Of a stretch of 28,013 bases of DNA, positions 16,929 to 25,353 are shown piece by piece (positions within the stretch are counted from its first letter, which is position 1; each line of letters starts with the position of its first letter). The notes below the pieces were generated by a model. The model was not told where the DNA came from. It worked only from the letters and a program-made list of their open reading frames with translations, and made no database searches. The DNA is from Candidatus Thorarchaeota archaeon (GTDB lineage Archaea; Asgardarchaeota; Thorarchaeia; Thorarchaeales; Thorarchaeaceae). The DNA is taken from positions 1 to 28,013 of the forward strand of contig JBHLRP010000044.1 of assembly GCA_048882485.1 (NCBI GenBank). Reading direction: 5' to 3'. The position numbers and the translations under genes were made by a program.

Positions 16929-18706
16929 CACCATTGTTCAACTAGCAATTCGTTAATCCCTTTCTCTACCCTCGTAAGAATCTTTGAAACCTGTTCAAGC
17001 TCTTTCTCAATGAGTCTATAGATCTTGGATCTTTCTTTCTCGAGCTTGGCTAGAGGCTTGTGAAGTGGTATCCAGTTGTAGGCCAAGTCTGGTTGACTCT
17101 CATATTTGTCAACATACTCGGGAGTCAGACTTCCCACGGGAGTGCCTCTTAATGTCATTATAGCAGCGTTAAGCGCAACATAGTCTTCGATAAGCTCCAA
17201 TCGTGACAAGTAGTCAACATCATCAGGAGCTGTTACCCTCCATAGCCATCCAATCGTGGCATTAATCAGATAAGATACTGAGCTCAGAAACCGATTTGCC
17301 TTCTGAATTAGCTGGTTGTCCCCTTTCTTGACAATAGATTTCAGTTTCTTGTTGAACTGAACCTTCTTTGTGCGTATATCTCTGATTCGAAGTAGATGCT
17401 GTGTCATGTCAAAAGGACAATATCTCATCCTGCTATACTTGGAGATGATATCTTCGAATCTCAATAAGGGAGTGAATATATCAATCGGCATGAGACTTGC
17501 ATTCGCCAATTGGATGAGTGCATTATTCATGAATTTGGCATAGCGTAAAACTGCCTGGTAGTCTATATGGTCAAGGTCATCTTTCTGAGTCTGATATAGA
17601 TGACTTGGAAATGTCACTCCGTATACGGTCGGCACACCTGAAATCTCAAAGAACCAGTGATCACTGCCGTATCCGGGAGGATTGTAGAATTCGAAACCTT
17701 GGAGTGATTTTTCTGCAGATTCAATGCCCTTAGCAAAATGCAGCAGATCTGCAGTGGTCCCAATGAATCTCTCAGCAGGCTTTGGAAATCCGACTGAATC
17801 AAGACTGAGAAAAGCTGCTACTTTGGAAACGTTTCGATTCCTTTCCAAATAGGCCCTAGAACCATTGCACCAGTAGTAGAATCCCTCATTGCCACCATTT
17901 TCTGCACCAAAGAACAAGAATCGTACACTTCTCTTCAATGCACCACCATTCTGTACATATTCTTGGAGTAGTCGAGCCAGCTCCAGAAAAATAGCTACCG
18001 GAGCACAATTATCTGCAGCCCCTGTGAACCAGCTATCCATGTGAGTTCCTACAAAGATTTCAGGTTCGGAACTGATTTGCCCTTCTAGAACAGTTTCTAT
18101 GTTCATTGACTCCGCAGTAGAGGGGACATCGACGTCCGCATCAATTTCCAACTCGACCTCACTCTCTTCTAGGAGGTTGAGCAGGTAAACGCCATCTTCC
18201 CTTGAGATGCTTATAACAGGAATCTTCAGCAGTCTACCGGATTCGACTACCACCACTTTCCGAAGATCTCCTTCGTCAGGAGCTGAAATTAGAACTGCAT
18301 CTAGCCCGCGCCGTATAGCTTTGTAGTAGGTGCGTGTAGGAGACGAGTAGAGGTGAGAGCCCCAATCAGACAGCCCTATTGAGGCACCATCATCGTTGGT
18401 TCCATTTTCGTCTAGTTGACTTATCTGTGTCAACTTCCCTATGGCTCTTAGGCTCTGAGAATATGGAAAGAGAGCGGCCTTGATTTCCCTCTCAATTGGT
18501 TTCAGAATCTTAATCCTGCAAGAATTGGGATTCCATCCATGGATCTCAAAAGTCATAGTTTCTATTTCTTCATAGCCAAACCCGCGAAGACATTCAATAA
18601 TGTACTCAGAAGCACGATGCTCATTCGGCGATCCGGCTATCTTATGTCCAATTGAGTGTAAGTCAGTCATAATTGCTCTAATCTTATCGAGTGAAGGATT
18701 CTCCAC
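16928..18706 (-). CDS. M28 family peptidase homolog (PA insert plus C-terminal helical domain) with a degenerate metal site
   Basis: THMDSW, GAADN, LDS and GSDH are present, but FGAEN replaces xAEE and YQT replaces YHT. Start assigned to GTG 18706 (GGAGG RBS; avoids overlap with the aminotransferase). Confidence 0.9.
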   Translation of the reverse strand: MENPSLDKIRAIMTDLHSIGHKIAGSPNEHRASEYIIECLRGFGYEEIETMTFEIHGWNPNSCRIKILKPIEREIKAALFPYSQSLRAIGKLTQISQLDENGTNDDGASIGLSDWGSHLYSSPTRTYYKAIRRGLDAVLISAPDEGDLRKVVVVESGRLLKIPVISISREDGVYLLNLLEESEVELEIDADVDVPSTAESMNIETVLEGQISSEPEIFVGTHMDSWFTGAADNCAPVAIFLELARLLQEYVQNGGALKRSVRFLFFGAENGGNEGFYYWCNGSRAYLERNRNVSKVAAFLSLDSVGFPKPAERFIGTTADLLHFAKGIESAEKSLQGFEFYNPPGYGSDHWFFEISGVPTVYGVTFPSHLYQTQKDDLDHIDYQAVLRYAKFMNNALIQLANASLMPIDIFTPLLRFEDIISKYSRMRYCPFDMTQHLLRIRDIRTKKVQFNKKLKSIVKKGDNQLIQKANRFLSSVSYLINATIGWLWRVTAPDDVDYLSRLELIEDYVALNAAIMTLRGTPVGSLTPEYVDKYESQPDLAYNWIPLHKPLAKLEKERSKIYRLIEKELEQVSKILTRVEKGINELLVEQW

Positions 18707-18726
18707 ACCATAGCCTCCATGCTTCA

Positions 18727-20022
18727 CTACAGCTGCTTGAACTCCTTCTCGAGCAGGCTCAGAACTTTCTGAGATTCTTCCTCGGTCATACACAGCGGAG
18801 GCTGGAGCCGAATAACATTCTTCTTTACTCCGCCTGTTCCAACCAAGACACCATTCTTCATGAGGTTCTTGGCTACTGACTGTGTTTCATCAACTGCTGG
18901 CTCCTTCGTACCTTTGTCTTTCACCAGCTCGATGCCTATCATGAGACCCCTTCCTCGAACTTCGCCAATGTGTTTGTTGCCCTCTTGAATCTCCTTTAAT
19001 TGTTTCATCAGACTGCCGCCAATCTTCTCTGAATTCTTGACCAACCCTGCATCCTCAAGATAGTTGAGATTCTCTAGAGCGACAGCGCAGCAAACAGGAT
19101 TCCCGCCAAAGGTTGAGAAGTGATCACCTGACTCTAGACAGTCTGCAATCTCGTCTGTAGTGATATAGCCGCCAATCGGCATCCCTGCACCCAATCCCTT
19201 TGCCATTGTGATGATATCAGGCGTGATTCCGAACTCTTCAATTGCAAACATCTTTCCTGTTCTTCCAAAGCCAGTCTGAACTTCATCAGCAATGTAGACA
19301 ATATCGTGGTCTTTGCATATCTTTTGCACCAAGTCATGATACTCCTTTGGGGGTACGACTAAGCCGCCCTCACCTAAGATTGGCTCAACAACCATAGCTG
19401 CAACATCGCCTGTGGTATGATACTTGATGATGTCCTCGACTCTTCTTGCACATTCGGTGTCGCAGTCAGGAAATTCAAGCGGGCATCTATAGCAATACGG
19501 CATTGGTGCATGCACGACACCGGGAGCATTGGCAAATGTCCCAAAGCCGTGCTTGTACTTTGCTTGACCAGTGAGCGTTAGTGATAGGCTAAGTCGCCCA
19601 TGGAAAGACCCCTCCAATGCGATGACGCCAGCACCTGTGCGGCCCTGAGTTACGCTATGCTTTTTGGCAATCTTGACACCACCCTCAACAGCCTCCGCAC
19701 CGCTGTTGCAGAAGAATGACTTAGTTAGATTGTCTGGTGTGAGGCCAGCGAGCTTTTCGGCCAGCAAAGTTTGAGGGACATTATGATAAAGCCCGGAGCA
19801 GTGGATTAGCTTCGATAATTGATCCGCCCCCGCTTTGACAAGTCTTTCTGGACTGTGACCTGCGTTAACTACAGAGATTCCACTAATGCAATCAATATAC
19901 TCAGTTCCATCAAGATCACGTACAATAGTGTTTTCCCCCTCATAGATGATTATAGGTTTGCGAGCATATGCGGGGACCATGTACTTGGACTCTTTCTCGA
20001 TTATTTCATCTCTATCTACCAT
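18727..20022 (-). CDS. Class III PLP-dependent aminotransferase (GABA/ornithine/acetylornithine omega-AT type)
   Basis: NSGAEAVE, SFHGR, EPILGEGG, DEVQTGFGRTG, AKG (PLP lysine) and STFGGNP. Start ATG 20022 or 20043. Confidence 0.95.
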   Translation of the reverse strand: MVDRDEIIEKESKYMVPAYARKPIIIYEGENTIVRDLDGTEYIDCISGISVVNAGHSPERLVKAGADQLSKLIHCSGLYHNVPQTLLAEKLAGLTPDNLTKSFFCNSGAEAVEGGVKIAKKHSVTQGRTGAGVIALEGSFHGRLSLSLTLTGQAKYKHGFGTFANAPGVVHAPMPYCYRCPLEFPDCDTECARRVEDIIKYHTTGDVAAMVVEPILGEGGLVVPPKEYHDLVQKICKDHDIVYIADEVQTGFGRTGKMFAIEEFGITPDIITMAKGLGAGMPIGGYITTDEIADCLESGDHFSTFGGNPVCCAVALENLNYLEDAGLVKNSEKIGGSLMKQLKEIQEGNKHIGEVRGRGLMIGIELVKDKGTKEPAVDETQSVAKNLMKNGVLVGTGGVKKNVIRLQPPLCMTEEESQKVLSLLEKEFKQL

Positions 20023-20102
20023 TACAAGATCTCTCCATGACATTCCGAGTCAAGCTTGAGTTCATTATGGATGCGAGCATCTTTGCTCCATTGATTTATG
20101 GA

Positions 20103-20150
20103 ATGAACAACCATAAGAAGAGTGCCAACACTGTTGAACATCAATGAACA
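20103..20150 (-). promoter_or_regulatory. Conserved 48-bp promoter/operator block upstream of the aminotransferase
   Basis: ATGAACAA-N4-AAGAA-N2-GT-N-CCAACA-N14-TGAACA, with the same spacing as 22059-22106. Confidence 0.7.
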
Positions 20151-20179
20151 TTATTTCTAGAAGATGTCTGCTAGGCCTC

Positions 20180-21985
20180 CTAGTCTCCCAAATTGCTCAG
20201 GTCCTCAGATATGCTACCTAACATTGTTGATAGATTCTCTAGCTCCATCTCAATCTCCTTGCCAATTCTGGCACGTTCATTCTCTATGTTTGCAAGAGAG
20301 TCATGAATTCTGAGCCAATTGTAGGGATTGTCAGGCTTTGACTCGATTCTCTTTGCAGAATCTCTGTCGAAAGTGGCCACTGGGATATTTCGTATGCTCC
20401 CAATGGCATTTGTGAGATGGATATAGTCTTCAATCATCTCTAGACGATATAGATAGTTAATGCTGTATGTTTCTATCGGACGGGTGTTCCAACCAATAGT
20501 ACGATTGAATGCTTTGGTGGCTTTCAAGAGCAACTTGTTGATCTTAGGTGCATCAACATATCCACAATCTTCGATTATCTTATTCAAGGAGGGTTTGGAT
20601 TTCATCAAGTCCCTCACCTTGGAAATTAATGGTTTCAGGTCAAATTCGTTTCCTTCCATTTCGTCATATTTTGAGAGAATTGATTCGAATCTTTCAAGTG
20701 GTACGAAGATATCCATAGGCAGTAAATCTGTGTTTGAGAGATAGGAAAGAGCGTTCTTCATGAACTCCGCATAGAACTGCAGTGCATCATAGTCCAAATG
20801 GTCGGGATCATCCTTCGTTGTGTGATAGAGTGGGCTTGGCTGAGCAATGCCATGTTCAGATGGAACTCCTGAAACACCGTATATGATAGGGATTCCTTCT
20901 ACTTCAAAGAACCAGTGGTCACTACCATAGCTGGGTGGGACTCTAAATGTCAAGGAACGGGCCCTCCCGTGCTTCACAGTCAAGGATTTTGCAAATCCCA
21001 GCATTTCTCCAGTGGCAAAAATGTAGTCTGCTGATGGGTGGGGATATCCTGTAGAGTCCAAACTCAATACTGCAACGGTCCTTCCTACTGATTCTTTGTT
21101 ATCTCTAACATACGCCTTTGATCCATTCAACCAGAAATAGAAATCATCAGACCCGCTTTCCTCAGCGCCATAGAAAAGAAATCGCATTGTTCTCTTGGGG
21201 TTCTTGCTCAGCTTGGCTTGATCCTGGAATATTCTCGCCAGTTCGAGCACAATTGCTGCCTGAGCGCAATTATCAGCTGCTCCTTGAAACCAGGAATCAT
21301 AATGTGCTCCTATCACGACCTCATCATCTGTGGTTCCATCACCCTCAAGGATTGCAACCACATTGTAGGATGTTGCTTTTTCTGTAACTTCAACTTCGGT
21401 ATCAATTCCGACAACAACCTCACCATCTTTCATCAACGAGAGAAGGGAATCCCCATCCTCTTTTGTGATACAGACGACTGGTATTCTGAGGAATCTTTCT
21501 GGTATAACAACAACTTTCAGCAGGTCGCCTTCATCTGGTGCTGCGACAATCAAACCCTCATATCCGAGTTTTGCAGCGCGAAGGTATGTCCACCTTGGAC
21601 TAAGGTAAGTGTCTGGCCCCCATTCAGAGAAAGCAATCAGACCTTTTCCTGCCGAGGATGAACCTGAATCATCTTCATCTAGTTCCCAGTCAACCGGAGC
21701 CAATTTTCCTTCGACGGATTCAGATTTCCCGTGCGGAAACAACGCAGATTCCAATTCCCTCTGAACTGGCTTCGATATCTTGACCTTGCATGATTTTGGA
21801 TCCCACCCGACCACATCGAATGGCTGTTTCTCAACTTTCGCGAAACCAAAATCAACAAGTCGGTCATATAGAAAGTCTGCAGCTTGGACCTCCGCTTTTG
21901 TTCCTGCCACTTTCTGTCCAATAGCGCAAAGATGCTCGACGGTCTTTCTTATTTCTGAGATTGCTGTTTCCTGATCCATCTCCAT
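20180..21985 (-). CDS. M28 family metallopeptidase (PA insert plus C-terminal helical domain) with an intact dizinc site
   Basis: AHYDSW, GAADN, YGAEESG, LDS, GSDH and YHTTKD. Colinear paralog of 16928-18706; no signal peptide. Confidence 0.93.
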   Translation of the reverse strand: MEMDQETAISEIRKTVEHLCAIGQKVAGTKAEVQAADFLYDRLVDFGFAKVEKQPFDVVGWDPKSCKVKISKPVQRELESALFPHGKSESVEGKLAPVDWELDEDDSGSSSAGKGLIAFSEWGPDTYLSPRWTYLRAAKLGYEGLIVAAPDEGDLLKVVVIPERFLRIPVVCITKEDGDSLLSLMKDGEVVVGIDTEVEVTEKATSYNVVAILEGDGTTDDEVVIGAHYDSWFQGAADNCAQAAIVLELARIFQDQAKLSKNPKRTMRFLFYGAEESGSDDFYFWLNGSKAYVRDNKESVGRTVAVLSLDSTGYPHPSADYIFATGEMLGFAKSLTVKHGRARSLTFRVPPSYGSDHWFFEVEGIPIIYGVSGVPSEHGIAQPSPLYHTTKDDPDHLDYDALQFYAEFMKNALSYLSNTDLLPMDIFVPLERFESILSKYDEMEGNEFDLKPLISKVRDLMKSKPSLNKIIEDCGYVDAPKINKLLLKATKAFNRTIGWNTRPIETYSINYLYRLEMIEDYIHLTNAIGSIRNIPVATFDRDSAKRIESKPDNPYNWLRIHDSLANIENERARIGKEIEMELENLSTMLGSISEDLSNLGD

Positions 21986-22058
21986 ATCTCCAGCGGCTAC
22001 TTTTTGCGATACTCACAACGAATGAGTGTATGTGACTGAGCATGTCTGGCTTTGTGGT

Positions 22059-22113
22059 ATGAACAATCTAAAGAAAGGTCCCAACATGCGTGTTCAACAC
22101 TGAACAAGAGTAG
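22059..22113. promoter_or_regulatory. Divergent promoter block containing the perfect palindrome TGTTCA-ACAC-TGAACA
   Basis: Palindrome at 22091-22106; block homologous to 20103-20150; TGAACAAGAGTAG (22101-22113) recurs at 23272-23284. Confidence 0.7.
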
Positions 22114-22183
22114 AAAGCACCTAAAGAGCCATAACCGGTTCTGCATGTGGAATAGTATTCAGATGAAATGATGAGGCTGCCAA

Positions 22184-23176
22184 ATGAAACGAAATCGTGG
22201 GTCAATTCTCTTTTTGACTTTGCTTCTGTCAATTACATTGGCGTTTGCGCATCCTGCGATTTCAATTGAAACCCTACCCACTGACCTAACGGGTATCAAG
22301 GTTGCTGTCTATGAAGGCGTAACAGATGAGCAATCATCTAGTCTTTCAAGCCGCACAGCTCTATTCTGGATGTTTAGATGGATGAACGCTACAGTTGATG
22401 TCGTGACTGCTGCAGACATTAGAAATGACATACTTGTTGATTATGACATCATTGCCATACCAGGAGGATGGGCCTGGGCGTATTTTCAAGACCTCACTAA
22501 TTCGGGAATCGTTAGGGTACGGAACTTTGTTGAGAATGGAGGAGCTTTTTTCGGAGTTTGCGCCGGAGCCTACTTTGCATGTGACAACATTAGATGGGAA
22601 GGTGAAAACATTGGGTATTCACTTGACCTCTACCCAAATCTGGGCATAGGACCCATAGAAGAGATTGCAGCCTGGCCAGGTCATAACATGACAAGGATAA
22701 ACCTGAACAAGGCGGTCACTGGACCGGATCTATCTGGAGAGCCAGACTCTCACACTGTGATGTACTACGGTGGACCGTATTTTGAAACCGCTGGAACAGA
22801 CGGAGTGAATGTTATCGCCACCTACGAGGTCAATGGCGAGCCAGCCATAATATCTTATGAATATGGGCAGGGTCGGATAATTCTCTCGGGCCCCCATGTT
22901 GAATGGGAGGAAGATGCTGATCGAGACGGGGTAGTATGGGAGAATGTGTATGATGATGAGGGATCAGAATGGGACATGATGCTACAAATCGGACTTTGGC
23001 TTTCTGAAAATGGATTTGAGACTGCAACGACATCTTCTACGACTACATCTTTTTCGACAACTACAGCAAACTCCAGTCCTACATTGCCCCCGATGGAAAT
23101 TGACCCTGCCCTTGGCCTCGTAGCAATTCTGGCTATCTTTATGATTGCGGTCATCGCTGATAGACTAAGAAGGTGA
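22184..23176 (+). CDS. Secreted, membrane-anchored class I glutamine amidotransferase-like (BPL-N domain) hydrolase
   Basis: Signal peptide; IPGG, FVENGG, GVCAGAY (nucleophile elbow), YYGGP and GPHVE; Thr/Ser linker; C-terminal TM ending RLRR. Confidence 0.85.
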   Translation: MKRNRGSILFLTLLLSITLAFAHPAISIETLPTDLTGIKVAVYEGVTDEQSSSLSSRTALFWMFRWMNATVDVVTAADIRNDILVDYDIIAIPGGWAWAYFQDLTNSGIVRVRNFVENGGAFFGVCAGAYFACDNIRWEGENIGYSLDLYPNLGIGPIEEIAAWPGHNMTRINLNKAVTGPDLSGEPDSHTVMYYGGPYFETAGTDGVNVIATYEVNGEPAIISYEYGQGRIILSGPHVEWEEDADRDGVVWENVYDDEGSEWDMMLQIGLWLSENGFETATTSSTTTSFSTTTANSSPTLPPMEIDPALGLVAILAIFMIAVIADRLRR

Positions 23177-23220
23177 ACGGTTTGGCACAACAAATGTGCA
23201 AAATCATTCATAGATATGCA

Positions 23221-23284
23221 TGTTCATGATTGGCAAGCTATGAACAAGAGTGTTCGGTGGATTTTAATGGGTGAACAAGAGTAG
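23221..23284 (+). promoter_or_regulatory. TGTTCA/TGAACA cluster upstream of the SBP gene
   Basis: TGTTCA at 23221, TGAACAAGAGT at 23241, TGTTCG at 23251 and TGAACAAGAGTAG at 23272, flanking a TTTTAA TATA-like element near 23262. Confidence 0.65.
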
Positions 23285-23309
23285 TTCTCATCTAGCTTAA
23301 CTTCAGGAT

Positions 23310-25259
23310 GTGACATCTGTGAAAAAGGAGAAACCACTCCTGTCGCTGACCTTAGCGGTCTTTTTGATATTGCCAGTGTTTGCCTTCATTCCAACTACGG
23401 TTGTAGCGCAAACGCCGAAGATTGTCAAGATAGGGATGTTTGAGGAACCTGATAGCCTCAATCCTGTCATGGCTGCCAAGATCAGTGCATGGGAGTTTAT
23501 CAACTGGATCTTTGATCCACTAGTCCGTTGGGACGACGACTGGGGAATTCAGCCCGGTCTCGCTGAGAGCTGGGAGTGGGCAGCAAATGGCTCCCAGTTA
23601 GTCATGCACATGGACCCAGATGCAGCATGGCATGATGGAACGCCCTTCACGGCACATGATGCAAACTGGACACTCTTTACTTGGACTTGGCTTGGATTCT
23701 GGGTAGGCCAGACACCTCGTATTGACCATAGAAACATCAGGGTTCCCGACGACCACACCCTTGTCCTCAATTTTGTGGACAGCGGCTATGAGAACATAAC
23801 CGAATGGGCACTTGGAGGGCTACCAAATAATGCCTACAACGGAACGCCTGTAGCAATTAACAAGGAAGCATTCCTTACAGGACTCACCTATGTGCCAATT
23901 CTAGCAGAGCATCTATGGAACCCTCTTACTTGGGATGATCCATTCTATGGACGTGAAGGATCCTCGGGATACTTCCAGACTTTTGGCTGGCAGGACTGCA
24001 TTTGGTGGGGCATGCTTGATCCAGCGTGGCCAACACCGCTCAACGGTACGGGAGCCTTCATGCTGGATGAATATGTCGTGGGAGAATACATCAAACTTGA
24101 TGCTAATCCAAACTATCATCTGGGCGCACCGAATATTGATGGAATTCTTATCACCTTCTATGATACTGTGGAGGTAATGACTGAGGCTGTAAAGGCTGGA
24201 GATATCGATTTCTGTGAAACCGCACCAGCATTCATCGAGCTAGGAATTATACCTGATACCGTCACAATAAATGAGAACCCGTGGATGGGTTGGGAAGGTC
24301 TCTTGGTCAACCAGTACTATAACTACACGAATGCTCAAGGAGAGTATGCTGGTCGAGGAGCCAAGCACAATGCGCTCCTTGAACATGCAGTCAGAAAAGC
24401 CATGAACCAAGCCATCGATAAGGCGCAAATCGCCGAGGTTGCTTATCTAGGACATGCGAATGCTGCTGACTCACTGATTCATACCGTACTCAAGTGGCAT
24501 AACGATGACCTTATCACCTATCCCAAGGGAGCTGTGGAGGCTAGAGCAACTCTTGAGGCGGCAGGATGGGTAGAGAATCTTGATGGAGTCTATGAAAAGG
24601 ACATAAGCGGGACACTTGAAACACTGTCATTTGAAATCAAGTACGTCACAGGGATTCCGACAGATTTCACAATTGTGTCACTTGTCAGTGCCTACCTGGA
24701 AGCTGCTGGATTTGAAATCACTACTGTTCCGCTTGAAGAAACAACCTTTACAGCTGACATCACGACAGAGGTTTGGAATTATGACATAGCTCTGACCTTC
24801 TATAGTCAGATTGCAGATCCTAACAGCATGATGCAGTATATGACTAGCGATAGCTGGATCAATCCGAATGGTGTAAACATCACGAGGGTTGACGAGATAT
24901 ACAAGGAGCAGCAATTGACCGATGACGTGACAAGAGCACAACTGTGCGATGAGTTCCAGCAGATAATGTACAACGATTCCAGTATCATTGTTCTTGTCGA
25001 GTTCAATGATATTGAGCTCTACAGAAATGATGTTTGGACCTTCACCAACACAGACTGGGCGAGCGGCATTCTGTCAATGTGGAACCTCAATTCGTGGCTA
25101 GGAGTCGATGAATTCACTCCATCCACAACAACTACTCCATCAACAGGGACTACAACACCACCTCCACCACCACCGTTGCCCATGGAATTACTCCTACTAG
25201 TTGGCGTAGGCGCAGTGGTTTTGGTGCTCGTTGTGGTTTTGGTGATTAGAAGAAGATAG
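23310..25259 (+). CDS. ABC transporter substrate-binding protein, family 5 (Opp/Dpp type)
   Basis: EPDSLNP, PGLAESWE, WHDGTPFTAHD, GTGAF and VRKAMNQAIDK; Thr/Pro linker; C-terminal TM+RRR. Start GTG 23310 or 23319. Confidence 0.95.
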   Translation: MTSVKKEKPLLSLTLAVFLILPVFAFIPTTVVAQTPKIVKIGMFEEPDSLNPVMAAKISAWEFINWIFDPLVRWDDDWGIQPGLAESWEWAANGSQLVMHMDPDAAWHDGTPFTAHDANWTLFTWTWLGFWVGQTPRIDHRNIRVPDDHTLVLNFVDSGYENITEWALGGLPNNAYNGTPVAINKEAFLTGLTYVPILAEHLWNPLTWDDPFYGREGSSGYFQTFGWQDCIWWGMLDPAWPTPLNGTGAFMLDEYVVGEYIKLDANPNYHLGAPNIDGILITFYDTVEVMTEAVKAGDIDFCETAPAFIELGIIPDTVTINENPWMGWEGLLVNQYYNYTNAQGEYAGRGAKHNALLEHAVRKAMNQAIDKAQIAEVAYLGHANAADSLIHTVLKWHNDDLITYPKGAVEARATLEAAGWVENLDGVYEKDISGTLETLSFEIKYVTGIPTDFTIVSLVSAYLEAAGFEITTVPLEETTFTADITTEVWNYDIALTFYSQIADPNSMMQYMTSDSWINPNGVNITRVDEIYKEQQLTDDVTRAQLCDEFQQIMYNDSSIIVLVEFNDIELYRNDVWTFTNTDWASGILSMWNLNSWLGVDEFTPSTTTTPSTGTTTPPPPPPLPMELLLLVGVGAVVLVLVVVLVIRRR

Positions 25260-25284
25260 CGTCAAACAGAATCAAATAAGAGAT

Positions 25285-25325
25285 TGAACAGACAGATTGC
25301 CTGTCTGTTCATTCCTCCATTTTTT
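25285..25325 (+). terminator. Perfect 11-bp hairpin followed by a T-tract between SBP and permease
   Basis: TGAACAGACAG-ATTGC-CTGTCTGTTCA (25285-25311), then TTTTTT at 25320-25325. Confidence 0.65.
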
Positions 25326-25353
25326 AAGTCTGAAAGGAATAGAGCGGAGAAGT

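Noticed and set aside
18727-20022. PLP fold-type I amino-acid racemase of the archaeal GABA-AT-like type
   Set aside because: It has EPILGEGG with Glu, as in omega-aminotransferases, rather than the Asp I recall for those racemases; not excluded without an assay.
25118-25178. ACA/ACT/CCA-rich low-complexity tract
   Set aside because: Explained by the Thr/Pro linker of the SBP; not an array.
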